A stretch of DNA of 24,062 nt, taken from the IMG/VR virus record IMGVR_UViG_3300020042_003416, positions 1-24,062 of that record. One strand, written 5' to 3'. The notes under the pieces were generated by a model. The model saw only the letters and a program-made list of their open reading frames with translations. It was not told where the DNA came from and did no database searches. The position numbers and the translations under genes were made by a program. This stretch comes from a virus. Its lineage: Duplodnaviria > Caudoviricetes. This document shows positions 6,466 to 14,531 of this stretch, in pieces (position 1 is the first letter of the stretch; the number at the start of each line of letters is the position of its first letter).

Positions 6466-8769
6466 ATGTCTGACGTGCGCTTCCTGACAGCACCCGGCTC
6501 CTTCTTCACGCTTATCGACAAGCCCGGCGAACAGTACCCCGGCATCTCTTGGACCGACATCGTCAAGCTGGTGCGGAACCCGCAGGCCAAGGAAAAGCGG
6601 GACGCGGACTTCTTCATCCCCTCCACCTACCGGGCGCACGACGGCCGCGCGCATGAGGCACAGAGGGAGCGTGGCGCGTACCGTGCGCTGGCCATCGACA
6701 TCGACCGTGGCAACCCATCCCTAGACGACGTGCAGGAGGCCGTGCAGGCCGTGTGCGGCGATGTTGGCGTGCTGGTCTACTCATCCTCCGGCGCGACCCC
6801 GGAGAACCGCAAATGGCGTGCCGTCGTGCCGCTGGCAGGCGTCCTGACCGGGGCAGAGTATGAGGATGTGCAGGCATCCTTCTTTGATCTCTTGCACGCG
6901 CACGGCGTACACCCCGACGGCGCGCTGGCACGCTGCGGGCAGCCGATCTATTTGCCCAACGTGCCGCTGGACAAGCGCAACCCCGACCTGACCCCGGTCT
7001 TCTACGAACACCGCGTCCTGCGCGGCAAGCCGCTGCGCTTGGACGACGGCAGCCCGATCATGCAGGAGTTGACCCGCAAGGCCGAGCAGCGCCGACTGGC
7101 CGCCGAGCAGGCCGAGAAATCGCGAGCAGAGCGTGAGCGCCAGCGTGCAGAGCGTCGGCTCAAGTTCCCGGACGACATCAGCCCGGTGGACGCCTTCAAC
7201 GAGGCGCACAGCATCGAAGACCTGATGCTGCGCTACCAGTATACCCGGCAGGGATCCTCGGCCCACTTCCGCTCGCGTTATCAGACCAGCCCGAGCTTCG
7301 CGACGGAGAACTTCGGCACGCACTGGGTAAGCCTGTCGGGATCCGACGCGGCGGCAGGCCTCGGGCGGCCGAAGTCCATCGGCGAGCATTCCTACTGCTG
7401 GGGTGATGCCTTTGACCTGCTGGTGCATTATGAGCATCAGGGCGACTTTGACGCCGCCGTGCGCGCCTACGGTGCCGAGATCAGCCCGGCCAAGGCAGCC
7501 GCCAACGAGGTGCCAGAGAACGGGCTGGACGATTTCGAGTATATACCGCCGACAGATACATTCCCCGCCCCCGACGAGCTTGACGACATCCCCGACCCGC
7601 CGATGGACGCGCCCAAGTCGCCGACCAACTGGCCGACCGTGTTCGACAGCTTCGACGAGGCGTCCATCCCGGTGCGCCGCTGGATCTACGGCACGGCCTA
7701 CCTGCGGAAGTTTGTCAGCATGCTCGCCAGCGCGGGCGGCGTCGGCAAGACGTCTCAGCAGATCGCGGAAGGCATCGCCGTGGCCACTGGCCGGGAGCTT
7801 CTGGGCGAGCCGATCTATGAGACCTGCAACGTCTGGTTCATCAACTTGGAGGATCCGCTGGACGAGATGCACCGCCGCATTCTCGCCACAATGAAGCAAT
7901 ACGGCATAAAACCTGACGAAGTGCGCGGAAAAATATACCTAGACGCGGGCCGAGACTTTAGCCTGAAATTCGGAACGCAGACCAAGGACGGCCTGATCCC
8001 GAACACGGCTCTCATCGAATACATGGCCGCGAAGATCCGTGAGAAGAACATCGGGCTGGTCTACATCGATCCATTCGTGGGCTGCCATAACGCCAATGAG
8101 AACGACAACATGGCCATGAACGCGGTGGTGGCCGAGATCAGACGCATCGCCGACGAGTGCGACTGCGCCATCTGCATCGTGCATCACATCCGCAAGGGCA
8201 ACGGAGACGACGCCACCGTGGACAGCGTGCGAGGCGCGGGCGCGCTGATCGGTGCGGCCCGGTCGGCGAGGGTCATCAACCGCATGACCGAGGACGAGGC
8301 TGTGCGGCTCGGGATCGACCCGTCGGAGGCCAGATCGATTTTTAGGGTAGATGATGCCAAAGCCAATCTCGCCCCGCCCGCCGCCGTGGCCGTCTACCGC
8401 AAGATGGTGGGCGTTCAAATCGCCAACGGTGAGTGGGTCGGGGTCTGCACGCCATACAAGCTGCCAGACGCATTCGAGGGCGTCAGCGGCAAGGATGCGC
8501 GCGTCATCCAGCGGCTGGTTGGCAACGCGAGGGACGCTGGCAATCCGTACAAAGAAAGCTCGCAGTCGGCCAACTGGGTGGGCGTGGCCGTCGCCGATTT
8601 GATCGATATCGACATCAGCGACAAGGCCGGGCGGACCAAGGTCAACACCATCATCAAGACGTGGATCAAGACCAACGTGCTGGCCGTCGAGCGTGTCGTG
8701 GACAGCAAGAAGGGGCGAGAGGTGGCGATCATCGTGCCGGGCGACTGGATCAGCCACGATGAGGTGTGA
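6466..8769 (+). CDS. primase-helicase: N-terminal AEP/PrimPol-like domain, AAA_25 (RecA/RepA-family) helicase, C-terminal wHTH-like domain
   Basis: LAIDID, YSSSG, KWRAVVPL in N-terminus; Walker A ASAGGVGKT, NLED, Walker B VYIDP, HHIRK, RGAGALIGAAR, KANL; start may be 6457. Confidence 0.9.
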   Translation: MSDVRFLTAPGSFFTLIDKPGEQYPGISWTDIVKLVRNPQAKEKRDADFFIPSTYRAHDGRAHEAQRERGAYRALAIDIDRGNPSLDDVQEAVQAVCGDVGVLVYSSSGATPENRKWRAVVPLAGVLTGAEYEDVQASFFDLLHAHGVHPDGALARCGQPIYLPNVPLDKRNPDLTPVFYEHRVLRGKPLRLDDGSPIMQELTRKAEQRRLAAEQAEKSRAERERQRAERRLKFPDDISPVDAFNEAHSIEDLMLRYQYTRQGSSAHFRSRYQTSPSFATENFGTHWVSLSGSDAAAGLGRPKSIGEHSYCWGDAFDLLVHYEHQGDFDAAVRAYGAEISPAKAAANEVPENGLDDFEYIPPTDTFPAPDELDDIPDPPMDAPKSPTNWPTVFDSFDEASIPVRRWIYGTAYLRKFVSMLASAGGVGKTSQQIAEGIAVATGRELLGEPIYETCNVWFINLEDPLDEMHRRILATMKQYGIKPDEVRGKIYLDAGRDFSLKFGTQTKDGLIPNTALIEYMAAKIREKNIGLVYIDPFVGCHNANENDNMAMNAVVAEIRRIADECDCAICIVHHIRKGNGDDATVDSVRGAGALIGAARSARVINRMTEDEAVRLGIDPSEARSIFRVDDAKANLAPPAAVAVYRKMVGVQIANGEWVGVCTPYKLPDAFEGVSGKDARVIQRLVGNARDAGNPYKESSQSANWVGVAVADLIDIDISDKAGRTKVNTIIKTWIKTNVLAVERVVDSKKGREVAIIVPGDWISHDEV

Positions 8770-8802
8770 CGCAAAATAGTTGATCGTCTGTGCATTTTGC
8801 TG

Positions 8803-8855
8803 TTGCATCGTACGTAGCAGCCTGTATGTTGGTCCTACGAACTAGCAAACAAGGA
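8803..8855 (+). promoter_or_regulatory. putative promoter and leader resembling the leftward early promoter
   Basis: TTGCAT-N16-TATGTT then ACGAACTAGCAAACA, identical to 3845-3859 on the minus strand. Confidence 0.6.
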
Positions 8856-8863
8856 TCTACCAA

Positions 8864-9049
8864 ATGCGCGCACCGATCATCGACACCACCCGCACCGTCA
8901 CCGTCGAAAGCGATATCCTCGTCCTTCCCGGCCGCGAGATCACCGTTTGGGCCGTTGTTACCCGCTGCCCGGTCAACGGCATCTGGGCCGGAGAGTTCTA
9001 CGAAACCCGCGCAGAGGCGCAGGCCGAGCTTGACGCGATGTTCGCCTAA
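8864..9049 (+). CDS. hypothetical protein (61 aa)
   Basis: AAGGA RBS, phage-like codon usage, FYETRAEAQAEL helix. Confidence 0.75.
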   Translation: MRAPIIDTTRTVTVESDILVLPGREITVWAVVTRCPVNGIWAGEFYETRAEAQAELDAMFA

Positions 9050-9077
9050 TCTACCCACCAGCAAACAGGAGATGACC

Positions 9078-9707
9078 ATGACCAACTACCAGACCCCGAC
9101 CGCCGAGACCTACGAAAACCTCGACAAGGCTTTCAACCACTTCAACAACACGCTGTTCGACAACCGCCTGCCGTCGGTCTTGTTCACGCTGACCCGTAAG
9201 CGTGGCGCGCACGGCTACTTCTGGGCGGAGCAGTTCAAGCACCGCGAAGACGGCGACCGCACGCATGAGATCGCCCTGAACCCCGAGAGCATGGAGCGCA
9301 CGCTGGACGCCGTCCTGTCCACGCTGGTGCATGAGATGACCCACCTTGAGCAGGAAGAGTACGGCCAGCCCGGCAAGAGCGGCTTCCACAACATGGAGTG
9401 GGTCGGCCTGATGGAGCGCGTGGGCCTGATCCCCAGCGACAACGGCCAGCCCGGCGGCAAGCAGACTGGCCGCAAGATGACGCACTACGTCGAAGAGGGT
9501 GGCCGCTTCCAGACATCCCTGAACGCCCTGCTGGCCGACGGCTTCACGCTCCCGTACTTCACGCAGCCCAAGGCGGCCGCCGAGAGGAAGAAGGACATGA
9601 GTAAGGTCAAATTCACTTGTCCCTGCTGCAACGACAAGGCGTGGGCCAAGTCCACCATGCGGCTGGTTTGCGGCGACTGCAATGAAGAGATGGCCGCCGA
9701 TCTGTGA
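9078..9707 (+). CDS. SprT-like zinc metalloprotease with C-terminal Zn ribbon
   Basis: AFNHFN..LF...LP, EIALNP, TLVHEMTH (HExxH), downstream H, CPCC...CGDC; AGGAG RBS (start 9072 or 9078). Confidence 0.88.
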   Translation: MTNYQTPTAETYENLDKAFNHFNNTLFDNRLPSVLFTLTRKRGAHGYFWAEQFKHREDGDRTHEIALNPESMERTLDAVLSTLVHEMTHLEQEEYGQPGKSGFHNMEWVGLMERVGLIPSDNGQPGGKQTGRKMTHYVEEGGRFQTSLNALLADGFTLPYFTQPKAAAERKKDMSKVKFTCPCCNDKAWAKSTMRLVCGDCNEEMAADL

Positions 9708-9713
9708 CCCTTC

Positions 9714-9751
9714 CCACCACCACGTTGCCGCTAGGCTGCGTGGTGGTGGTT
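9714..9751 (+). terminator. hairpin after SprT-like gene, weak U-tract
   Basis: CCACCACCACG (9714-9724) / CGTGGTGGTGG (9739-9749). Confidence 0.45.
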
Positions 9752-9838
9752 GACGCGAGCATATCTTCTGCAGTATTGGGGTGGGGCGTGCCGATGCGAA
9801 CGGCGCGCCCCTTTATCGCAACCAGCACGGAGGTCGCA

Positions 9839-10294
9839 ATGATCGACAGTTTAATCTCGCCAGCCCTCGGCGGCAACAAGTCACTCAAATCAAAGCTGGA
9901 GGGCGTCAGGCTGCAGATCGTAGCCCTTCGGGCCGTAGAGGCGCAGATTGAGGCGTGGCTTCTGGAGGAGCAGCAGGCCAAGGATGCCGCCGAGAGGAAG
10001 AAGGCCGTCAAGCTGGGCGGGTATCACATCCAGCTTATCGCGAACATGATCTCACTCGAGGGCATGAACAGGGCGTCCCCCCAGTCACAGGAGTGGGCCG
10101 GGCTGGCCGTAATCAAAGCGATGAGAGACGGAGAGGACGCCCCGACCGTGCAGTACGCTAAGCACGCCATCGAACACCTGCTCAAGATCGGCGCGATCAA
10201 GCGGGCCGCTGTTATGGACCCGAAGCGGGGCCGGGAGGTGCCGATATATGAGGTCGGTGACATCCCCAGTGTGCTTCGCAGGGTGGGGATTTAG
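9839..10294 (+). CDS. protein with N-terminal coiled coil and C-terminal domain paralogous to the primase-helicase C-terminus (151 aa)
   Basis: GGAGG RBS before ATG 9839; SPQSQEWAGLAV...DPKRGREV...GD aligns with primase SSQSANWVGVAV...DSKKGREV...GD. Confidence 0.75.
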   Translation: MIDSLISPALGGNKSLKSKLEGVRLQIVALRAVEAQIEAWLLEEQQAKDAAERKKAVKLGGYHIQLIANMISLEGMNRASPQSQEWAGLAVIKAMRDGEDAPTVQYAKHAIEHLLKIGAIKRAAVMDPKRGREVPIYEVGDIPSVLRRVGI

Positions 10295-10310
10295 TGGGGA
10301 AGGGTGGGGA
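10263..10310 (+). repeat. iteron-like GTGGGGA x3 with helical phasing
   Basis: Copies at 10283, 10294 and 10304; near-inverted TCCCCAG at 10263. Confidence 0.6.
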
Positions 10311-10628
10311 GGTATGCACTCATGGGTTGCATATCAATCTCGAAGCGCACAACCAGAACATCACCCCAAGCTGTTTTTTTCGAAATTTCCTACGGAAATT
10401 TATACCCGCTTGGGGTCGCATGTCAACCCAGCAAAAATCGCTTCGCGCGTTTTTTTTGTTGGTGGGGTGTGACTGGTTAAATGGTGTTGGATTGGGTGTG
10501 GGCAGTGAGTGTTAAGCGATGCTGTCCACCCCACCCGCGTCGGTCGGGCTGCGCCCTCCGCCGCAAGTGGGGTTCGAGCGTCTTGATGCGGCGAACGATG
10601 GCTGGAGCAGGTTGAGGAGATGAGGACG

Positions 10629-11204
10629 ATGGCACAGATGCCGAGACGCCAAAAAAAAGAAGACCGCATGCTGCACAAGGGTGCGACGGCTGATGAGATC
10701 AGGTGCGACTTGTCGTTGGCACCGCTTGAGATGGCGGTGGCTGGTGCTGACAAGGTGTGGGGCGTGGACCGTTTGCCCGAGCTGGTCTCGGTCGAGAGCG
10801 CGGCGAAGTGGGGCAAGGCGATGGCTGGCCTGAATGGCGCGCTGGATGCCAAGGATCCAGACAAGGTCAAGTTCTGGGTGGAGGTGTGCTTGCGCGGGCT
10901 GCAGGCGATGGACGCCGAGGCAACGGCGGCTGGCGTGCCTGTCGCGGACCCGATGATCTGGGAGTACGAATACGAGGGCACTACGTTTGGCATCATTGAG
11001 GATGGGCGAGAGTGGCCAGCCGCGTATGCCAAGCGGCCCGGCATCGCGATCCACAGCATGCGGGAAGTGGCGGTGGCACTGCATGAGCATCGCAACGGAT
11101 TGGTCAACGCGGTAAAGCTCGCGTTTCCCGGGGCCGAGGTGAAGCGTGTACGCAGCAAGCCCGAGGGTTTAGATGATGACCTGAGCTTCATGGAGGACTT
11201 CTGA
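10629..11204 (+). CDS. hypothetical phage protein (~191 aa)
   Basis: GAGGA RBS; long ORF containing WGVDRLPELV and VKLAFPGAEV; start may be 10620. Confidence 0.8.
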   Translation: MAQMPRRQKKEDRMLHKGATADEIRCDLSLAPLEMAVAGADKVWGVDRLPELVSVESAAKWGKAMAGLNGALDAKDPDKVKFWVEVCLRGLQAMDAEATAAGVPVADPMIWEYEYEGTTFGIIEDGREWPAAYAKRPGIAIHSMREVAVALHEHRNGLVNAVKLAFPGAEVKRVRSKPEGLDDDLSFMEDF

Positions 11205-11425
11205 TGGTGGAGACGTACAACATCACGGGCGAGGCGAAGTCAGATGCCTTGTTCATCGCGTTAGAGGGCTGCCAGAAGGGTGATCGTGTGATTTACCATG
11301 TCGGGCCTCACTGCGGCGGAGTTCATCGTTTCTCGGCCCTCTCCGCGAGCGATAGGGGCATATGCTTGCTCTTCTGCAAGCGGGTGGGTGACGGGGTGTT
11401 TGCGTATCTGGCGGTGAAGAGGTAA
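11204..11425 (+). CDS. hypothetical phage protein (73 aa)
   Basis: TGATG overlap and GGAGG RBS; GDRVIYHVG...YLAVKR. Confidence 0.75.
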   Translation: MVETYNITGEAKSDALFIALEGCQKGDRVIYHVGPHCGGVHRFSALSASDRGICLLFCKRVGDGVFAYLAVKR

Positions 11426-11462
11426 GCTGATGTCACTCCCAGTTGGAAGACGCCTCGACTTG

Positions 11463-11490
11463 GCCCGGCATTCGTGTCGGGCTTTCTTTT
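11463..11490 (+). terminator. Rho-independent terminator
   Basis: GCCCGGCA-TTCG-TGTCGGGC stem-loop followed by TTTCTTTT. Confidence 0.85.
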
Positions 11491-11754
11491 GGCGTGAAAG
11501 CGGGCCGTGGAGAGCGATTGGCGGCTGTCGGCTATCTTGTCTCGGAAATGGGCGAGATCGCGCTGCGAGGGGCCTCTGACGCGATGCTGGCGGTGGCTAG
11601 AGGGCCGCACAAGGCACGCCGCCTCGCGCGCGGGCGGCCGGGCGGGGCGCATGGGGTATCCTGATACCTCATCGATGCAAAGTACGATGCACTCATCTGG
11701 ACTTATTGGACCGATATCGGACCGCATAATGTTATCGCTGAGACGACGTATCGC

Positions 11755-11767
11755 TAACCCATTGATA
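11755..11767 (-). promoter_or_regulatory. IHF binding consensus site
   Basis: Minus strand TATCAATGGGTTA matches WATCAANNNNTTR exactly. Confidence 0.6.
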
Positions 11768-11791
11768 ACACACGCTTATGCACCAAGCTGC

Positions 11792-11819
11792 ATATGACAT
11801 AATGGAGATTATGCGAATT
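11792..11819 (-). other. dif-like XerC/XerD recombination site
   Basis: AATTCGCATAA-TCTCCA-TTATGTCATAT vs E. coli dif GGTGCGCATAA-TGTATA-TTATGTTAAAT (8/11 and 9/11 arm identity, 6-bp spacer). Confidence 0.75.
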
Positions 11820-11981
11820 TTTGTTATCGGAGGGTCAATTCGCCGGGAAATCGCCGAGGCCCCCCCCGGTGGAGGGGGTTAACCGGGGGCGGCTGCTTAT
11901 GCAGCCCCACACACATCCTCACCCCAGTTCACACAAAGCCAACCCAATCCAACCCCCCACCCCAACATAATTTCAACCGCC

Positions 11982-12011
11982 TTGAAAAATTTTTCAAAAA
12001 TCTGCTAGAAA
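11982..12011 (+). promoter_or_regulatory. putative terS promoter overlapped by a perfect 16-bp palindrome
   Basis: TTGAAAAATTTTTCAA (11982-11997); TTGAAA-N18-TAGAAA with TG extension. Confidence 0.45.
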
Positions 12012-12036
12012 AGCCAACAGGGCCGAGGAGGGCACG

Positions 12037-12504
12037 ATGGCAGGCAAAGCGTTACGCAAAAAGCTGCTCGCAGAGATCGACACGCGCGGCGGCCCGGAGT
12101 GGCTGCAGGATTACATCGCCGAGGGCGGCAAGATATCCGATCTGGCGACAGAGTTGGGCTGCAGCAGGTCATACCTGAGCCGCCACCTGAACGCGCATCC
12201 CGACTACAAGGCCGTCATTGTCGAAGCGCGCAGCGAGTACGCCGACAAGCTGGCGGACGAGGCGCTGGACATCGCCGACGGCATGGCCGAGATCGGCAAC
12301 ATCACGCGGGAGCAGGTGGCGGTGGCCAAGGAGCGCATCGACGTTCGCAAGTGGCTGGCGTCGGTCAACGACCCGTCACGCTTCCGGCAGAACAACGGCG
12401 GCCCGACGGTGAACATCAACGTCAACCAGTTGCATCTGGAGGCGCTGAAGAAGCACCGCGACGGCGGCACCACGATTGAGGGGAGCATCGTCGATGGCGA
12501 GTGA
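12037..12504 (+). CDS. terS: terminase small subunit (Sf6 gp1-like)
   Basis: N-terminal HTH (ISDLATELGCSRSYLSRHL), AR..YAD.LADEALDIAD, A..RID.RKW.AS; upstream of terL; GAGGAGG RBS. Confidence 0.85.
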   Translation: MAGKALRKKLLAEIDTRGGPEWLQDYIAEGGKISDLATELGCSRSYLSRHLNAHPDYKAVIVEARSEYADKLADEALDIADGMAEIGNITREQVAVAKERIDVRKWLASVNDPSRFRQNNGGPTVNINVNQLHLEALKKHRDGGTTIEGSIVDGE

Positions 12505-12718
12505 TAACGTGGCCGCCTTCCCGTCGCCGGATGATATGACGACGCCGGATCTGGCGTTGATAGAGGCTCGGGAGCGCGGGCTGACGTCCGTGTTCATTCT
12601 GGGATACACGCCCGAGGGCACGCTGTATGTTCGCAGTTCCGGGGACATGACACGCAGAGAGGCGCTTTGGATGATAGAGAACGCGAAGGCGCAGATCTTG
12701 TTCGGTGAAGACGAGTGA
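12494..12718 (+). CDS. hypothetical protein between terS and terL (74 aa)
   Basis: Start MASDNV overlapping terS end; GTGA overlap with terL. Confidence 0.7.
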   Translation: MASDNVAAFPSPDDMTTPDLALIEARERGLTSVFILGYTPEGTLYVRSSGDMTRREALWMIENAKAQILFGEDE

Positions 12719-14124
12719 GCGCGCAGAACCCCTTCGAGGAGATGATTGTAAGGTACGGTACAACCGAGGACGGGCCGGGGTTGTTCGTGCGCGAGATCCT
12801 CGGCGCGGAGCCGGAGCCGTATCAGGACGATCTCTTGAGGGCCGTCGGCCGTGGGGAGCGCAAGATCTCGGTCAGGTCGGGCCACGGGACGGGCAAGTCA
12901 ACGTCGCTGAGTTGGTCCATGCTCTGGTTCGTGTTGTTCCGCTTCCCGAACAAGGTCGTGGTGACGGCACCCACGACGGCCCAGTTGTACGACGCGCTGT
13001 TCGCGGAATTGAAACGCTGGATCAACGAGCTTCCCGAGGCGCTGAAGGTGCTTTTGGAGACGAAGACCGACCGCGTGGAGTTGATCGCGGCGGCCAGCGA
13101 GGCTTTCATTTCCGCACGCACCAGCCGGGCCGAGCAGCCCGAAGCACTGGCAGGCGTCCACAGCGACAACGTCATGCTGGTGGTGGACGAGGCCAGCGGT
13201 GTGCCCGAGCAGGTCTTCGAGGCTGCCTCTGGTTCGATGTCGGGCCACAGCGCCGTGACGATTTTGGCCGGGAACCCGACGCGTACCAGCGGCACGTTCT
13301 TCGAGACGCACAATCGGTTGTCGCAGCACTGGCTGACGCTGCACTGGTCCTGCATCGACAGCAAGCGCGTGTCCAAAGAGTTCGTGGAAGAGATGAAGAC
13401 CCGGTACGGCGAGGACAGCAACGCCTACCGCATCCGCGTCTTGGGCGAGTTCCCCCTCGGCGACGATGATACCATCATCCCCCTGCATTTGGCCGAGGCG
13501 GCAGTCGAGCGGGACGTGGTCGTCTCGCAGAACGTCCGCCCGATCTGGTCGCTGGACGTCGCCCGCTTCGGCAGCGATAGGACCGTGCTTGTGCGTCGTA
13601 CGGGCAACGTCATCACGGATATCGAAGCGTGGCAGGGGCTGGATCTCATGGCCACCACGGGCCGCGTGAAGGCGTATTATGATGCTTTGATGCCCAACCA
13701 GCGGCCCGTGGAGATATTGGTGGACAGCATCGGCCTCGGGTCGGGCGTCGTGGACCGCATGCGCGAATTGGGCATGCCCGTGCGCGGGATCAACGTCAGC
13801 GAGGCCCCCGCCTTCGGCAACACCTACACCAACCTGCGGACGGAGTTGATCTTCCGCGTGCGTGGCTGGCTGGAGCAGCGCACGGCCAGACTTCCGAAAA
13901 ATCCGGCGCTTTTATCGGAATTGACGTCGATCAGGTACAGCTTCGGATCGACGGGTAAGGTGAAGGCCGAGAGCAAGGACGACATGCGTCGCCGTGGGCT
14001 ACGGTCTCCCGACTTGGCCGACGCCGTGTTCCTCAGTTTTGCCGGGGACGCCGCGACGGCCTTGGGCACGCCGACGGGCAACTGGAGCCAGCCGATCCGG
14101 CGCAGGCTGAAGGGCGTGGCGTGA
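12715..14124 (+). CDS. terL: terminase large subunit
   Basis: Walker A SGHGTGKS, Walker B LVVDEA, motif GNP, nuclease LDVARFGSD, VDSIG, SPDLADA. Confidence 0.95.
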   Translation: MSAQNPFEEMIVRYGTTEDGPGLFVREILGAEPEPYQDDLLRAVGRGERKISVRSGHGTGKSTSLSWSMLWFVLFRFPNKVVVTAPTTAQLYDALFAELKRWINELPEALKVLLETKTDRVELIAAASEAFISARTSRAEQPEALAGVHSDNVMLVVDEASGVPEQVFEAASGSMSGHSAVTILAGNPTRTSGTFFETHNRLSQHWLTLHWSCIDSKRVSKEFVEEMKTRYGEDSNAYRIRVLGEFPLGDDDTIIPLHLAEAAVERDVVVSQNVRPIWSLDVARFGSDRTVLVRRTGNVITDIEAWQGLDLMATTGRVKAYYDALMPNQRPVEILVDSIGLGSGVVDRMRELGMPVRGINVSEAPAFGNTYTNLRTELIFRVRGWLEQRTARLPKNPALLSELTSIRYSFGSTGKVKAESKDDMRRRGLRSPDLADAVFLSFAGDAATALGTPTGNWSQPIRRRLKGVA

Positions 14125-14177
14125 TATAGCCAAAGGCGCGTCGATCTGGTAGCATGCCGCGAAACGCGGAGGCGAGC

Positions 14178-14531
14178 ATGCAGGATAAACGCTTTTTGGG
14201 TCTTATGGACATGATCGACGGCGGCGGCATGGGTCGCGCCGGGTCGGAGTTCGAGGGCGGCCCGCTGTCGGGATTGCTGAATGCTCTGGGCATCCGCCCG
14301 CAGGGGTACGCGGCACGCATGGAAGCGGAGGAGATGCCTCGGTATCTGGCTGGCCCGGCACCGATGACGCGCCCGGAATACATGCCGATGGCAGGGCCTG
14401 CGCCGACGTATAACCCATACGCACCAATCGAGACCACCACCCTGCCGCCGATGGGCCAGATGTCCGACAAGGCCCTGATGCAGATGGTCTATGAGGCCAT
14501 CCAGCGGTCGCAATCGGGAGCGCGTCGCTGA
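14178..14531 (+). CDS. Gly/Pro/Met-rich hypothetical protein, possibly internal virion protein (117 aa)
   Basis: GGAGG RBS before ATG 14178; TGATG overlap with next gene. Confidence 0.7.
   Translation: MQDKRFLGLMDMIDGGGMGRAGSEFEGGPLSGLLNALGIRPQGYAARMEAEEMPRYLAGPAPMTRPEYMPMAGPAPTYNPYAPIETTTLPPMGQMSDKALMQMVYEAIQRSQSGARR

Noticed and set aside
6781-8808. Long antisense ORFs (6781..7899, 7939..8808; likewise 15008..16396 and 4852..5496)
   Set aside because: Shadow ORFs of high-GC coding genes on the opposite strand; no RBS or motifs
8790-9071. N-terminal extension of the SprT ORF (305 aa in the track)
   Set aside because: Overlaps a promoter and the better-supported 8864..9049 gene; a strong RBS lies at 9067-9071
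10297-10304. KOPS motif GGGAAGGG pointing toward the dif-like site
   Set aside because: Another GGGCAGGG near 16415 has the same orientation on the far side of the site, so there is no polarity switch; expected by chance in GC-rich DNA
10294-10515. 73-aa ORF, and ORFs 11443..11664 and 11507..11797
   Set aside because: Cross low-complexity tracts, a terminator or regulatory sites; atypical composition and no clear RBS
11490-11720. GC-rich intergenic stretch as tRNA or structured ncRNA
   Set aside because: No cloverleaf or recognisable RNA family; would need a covariance search
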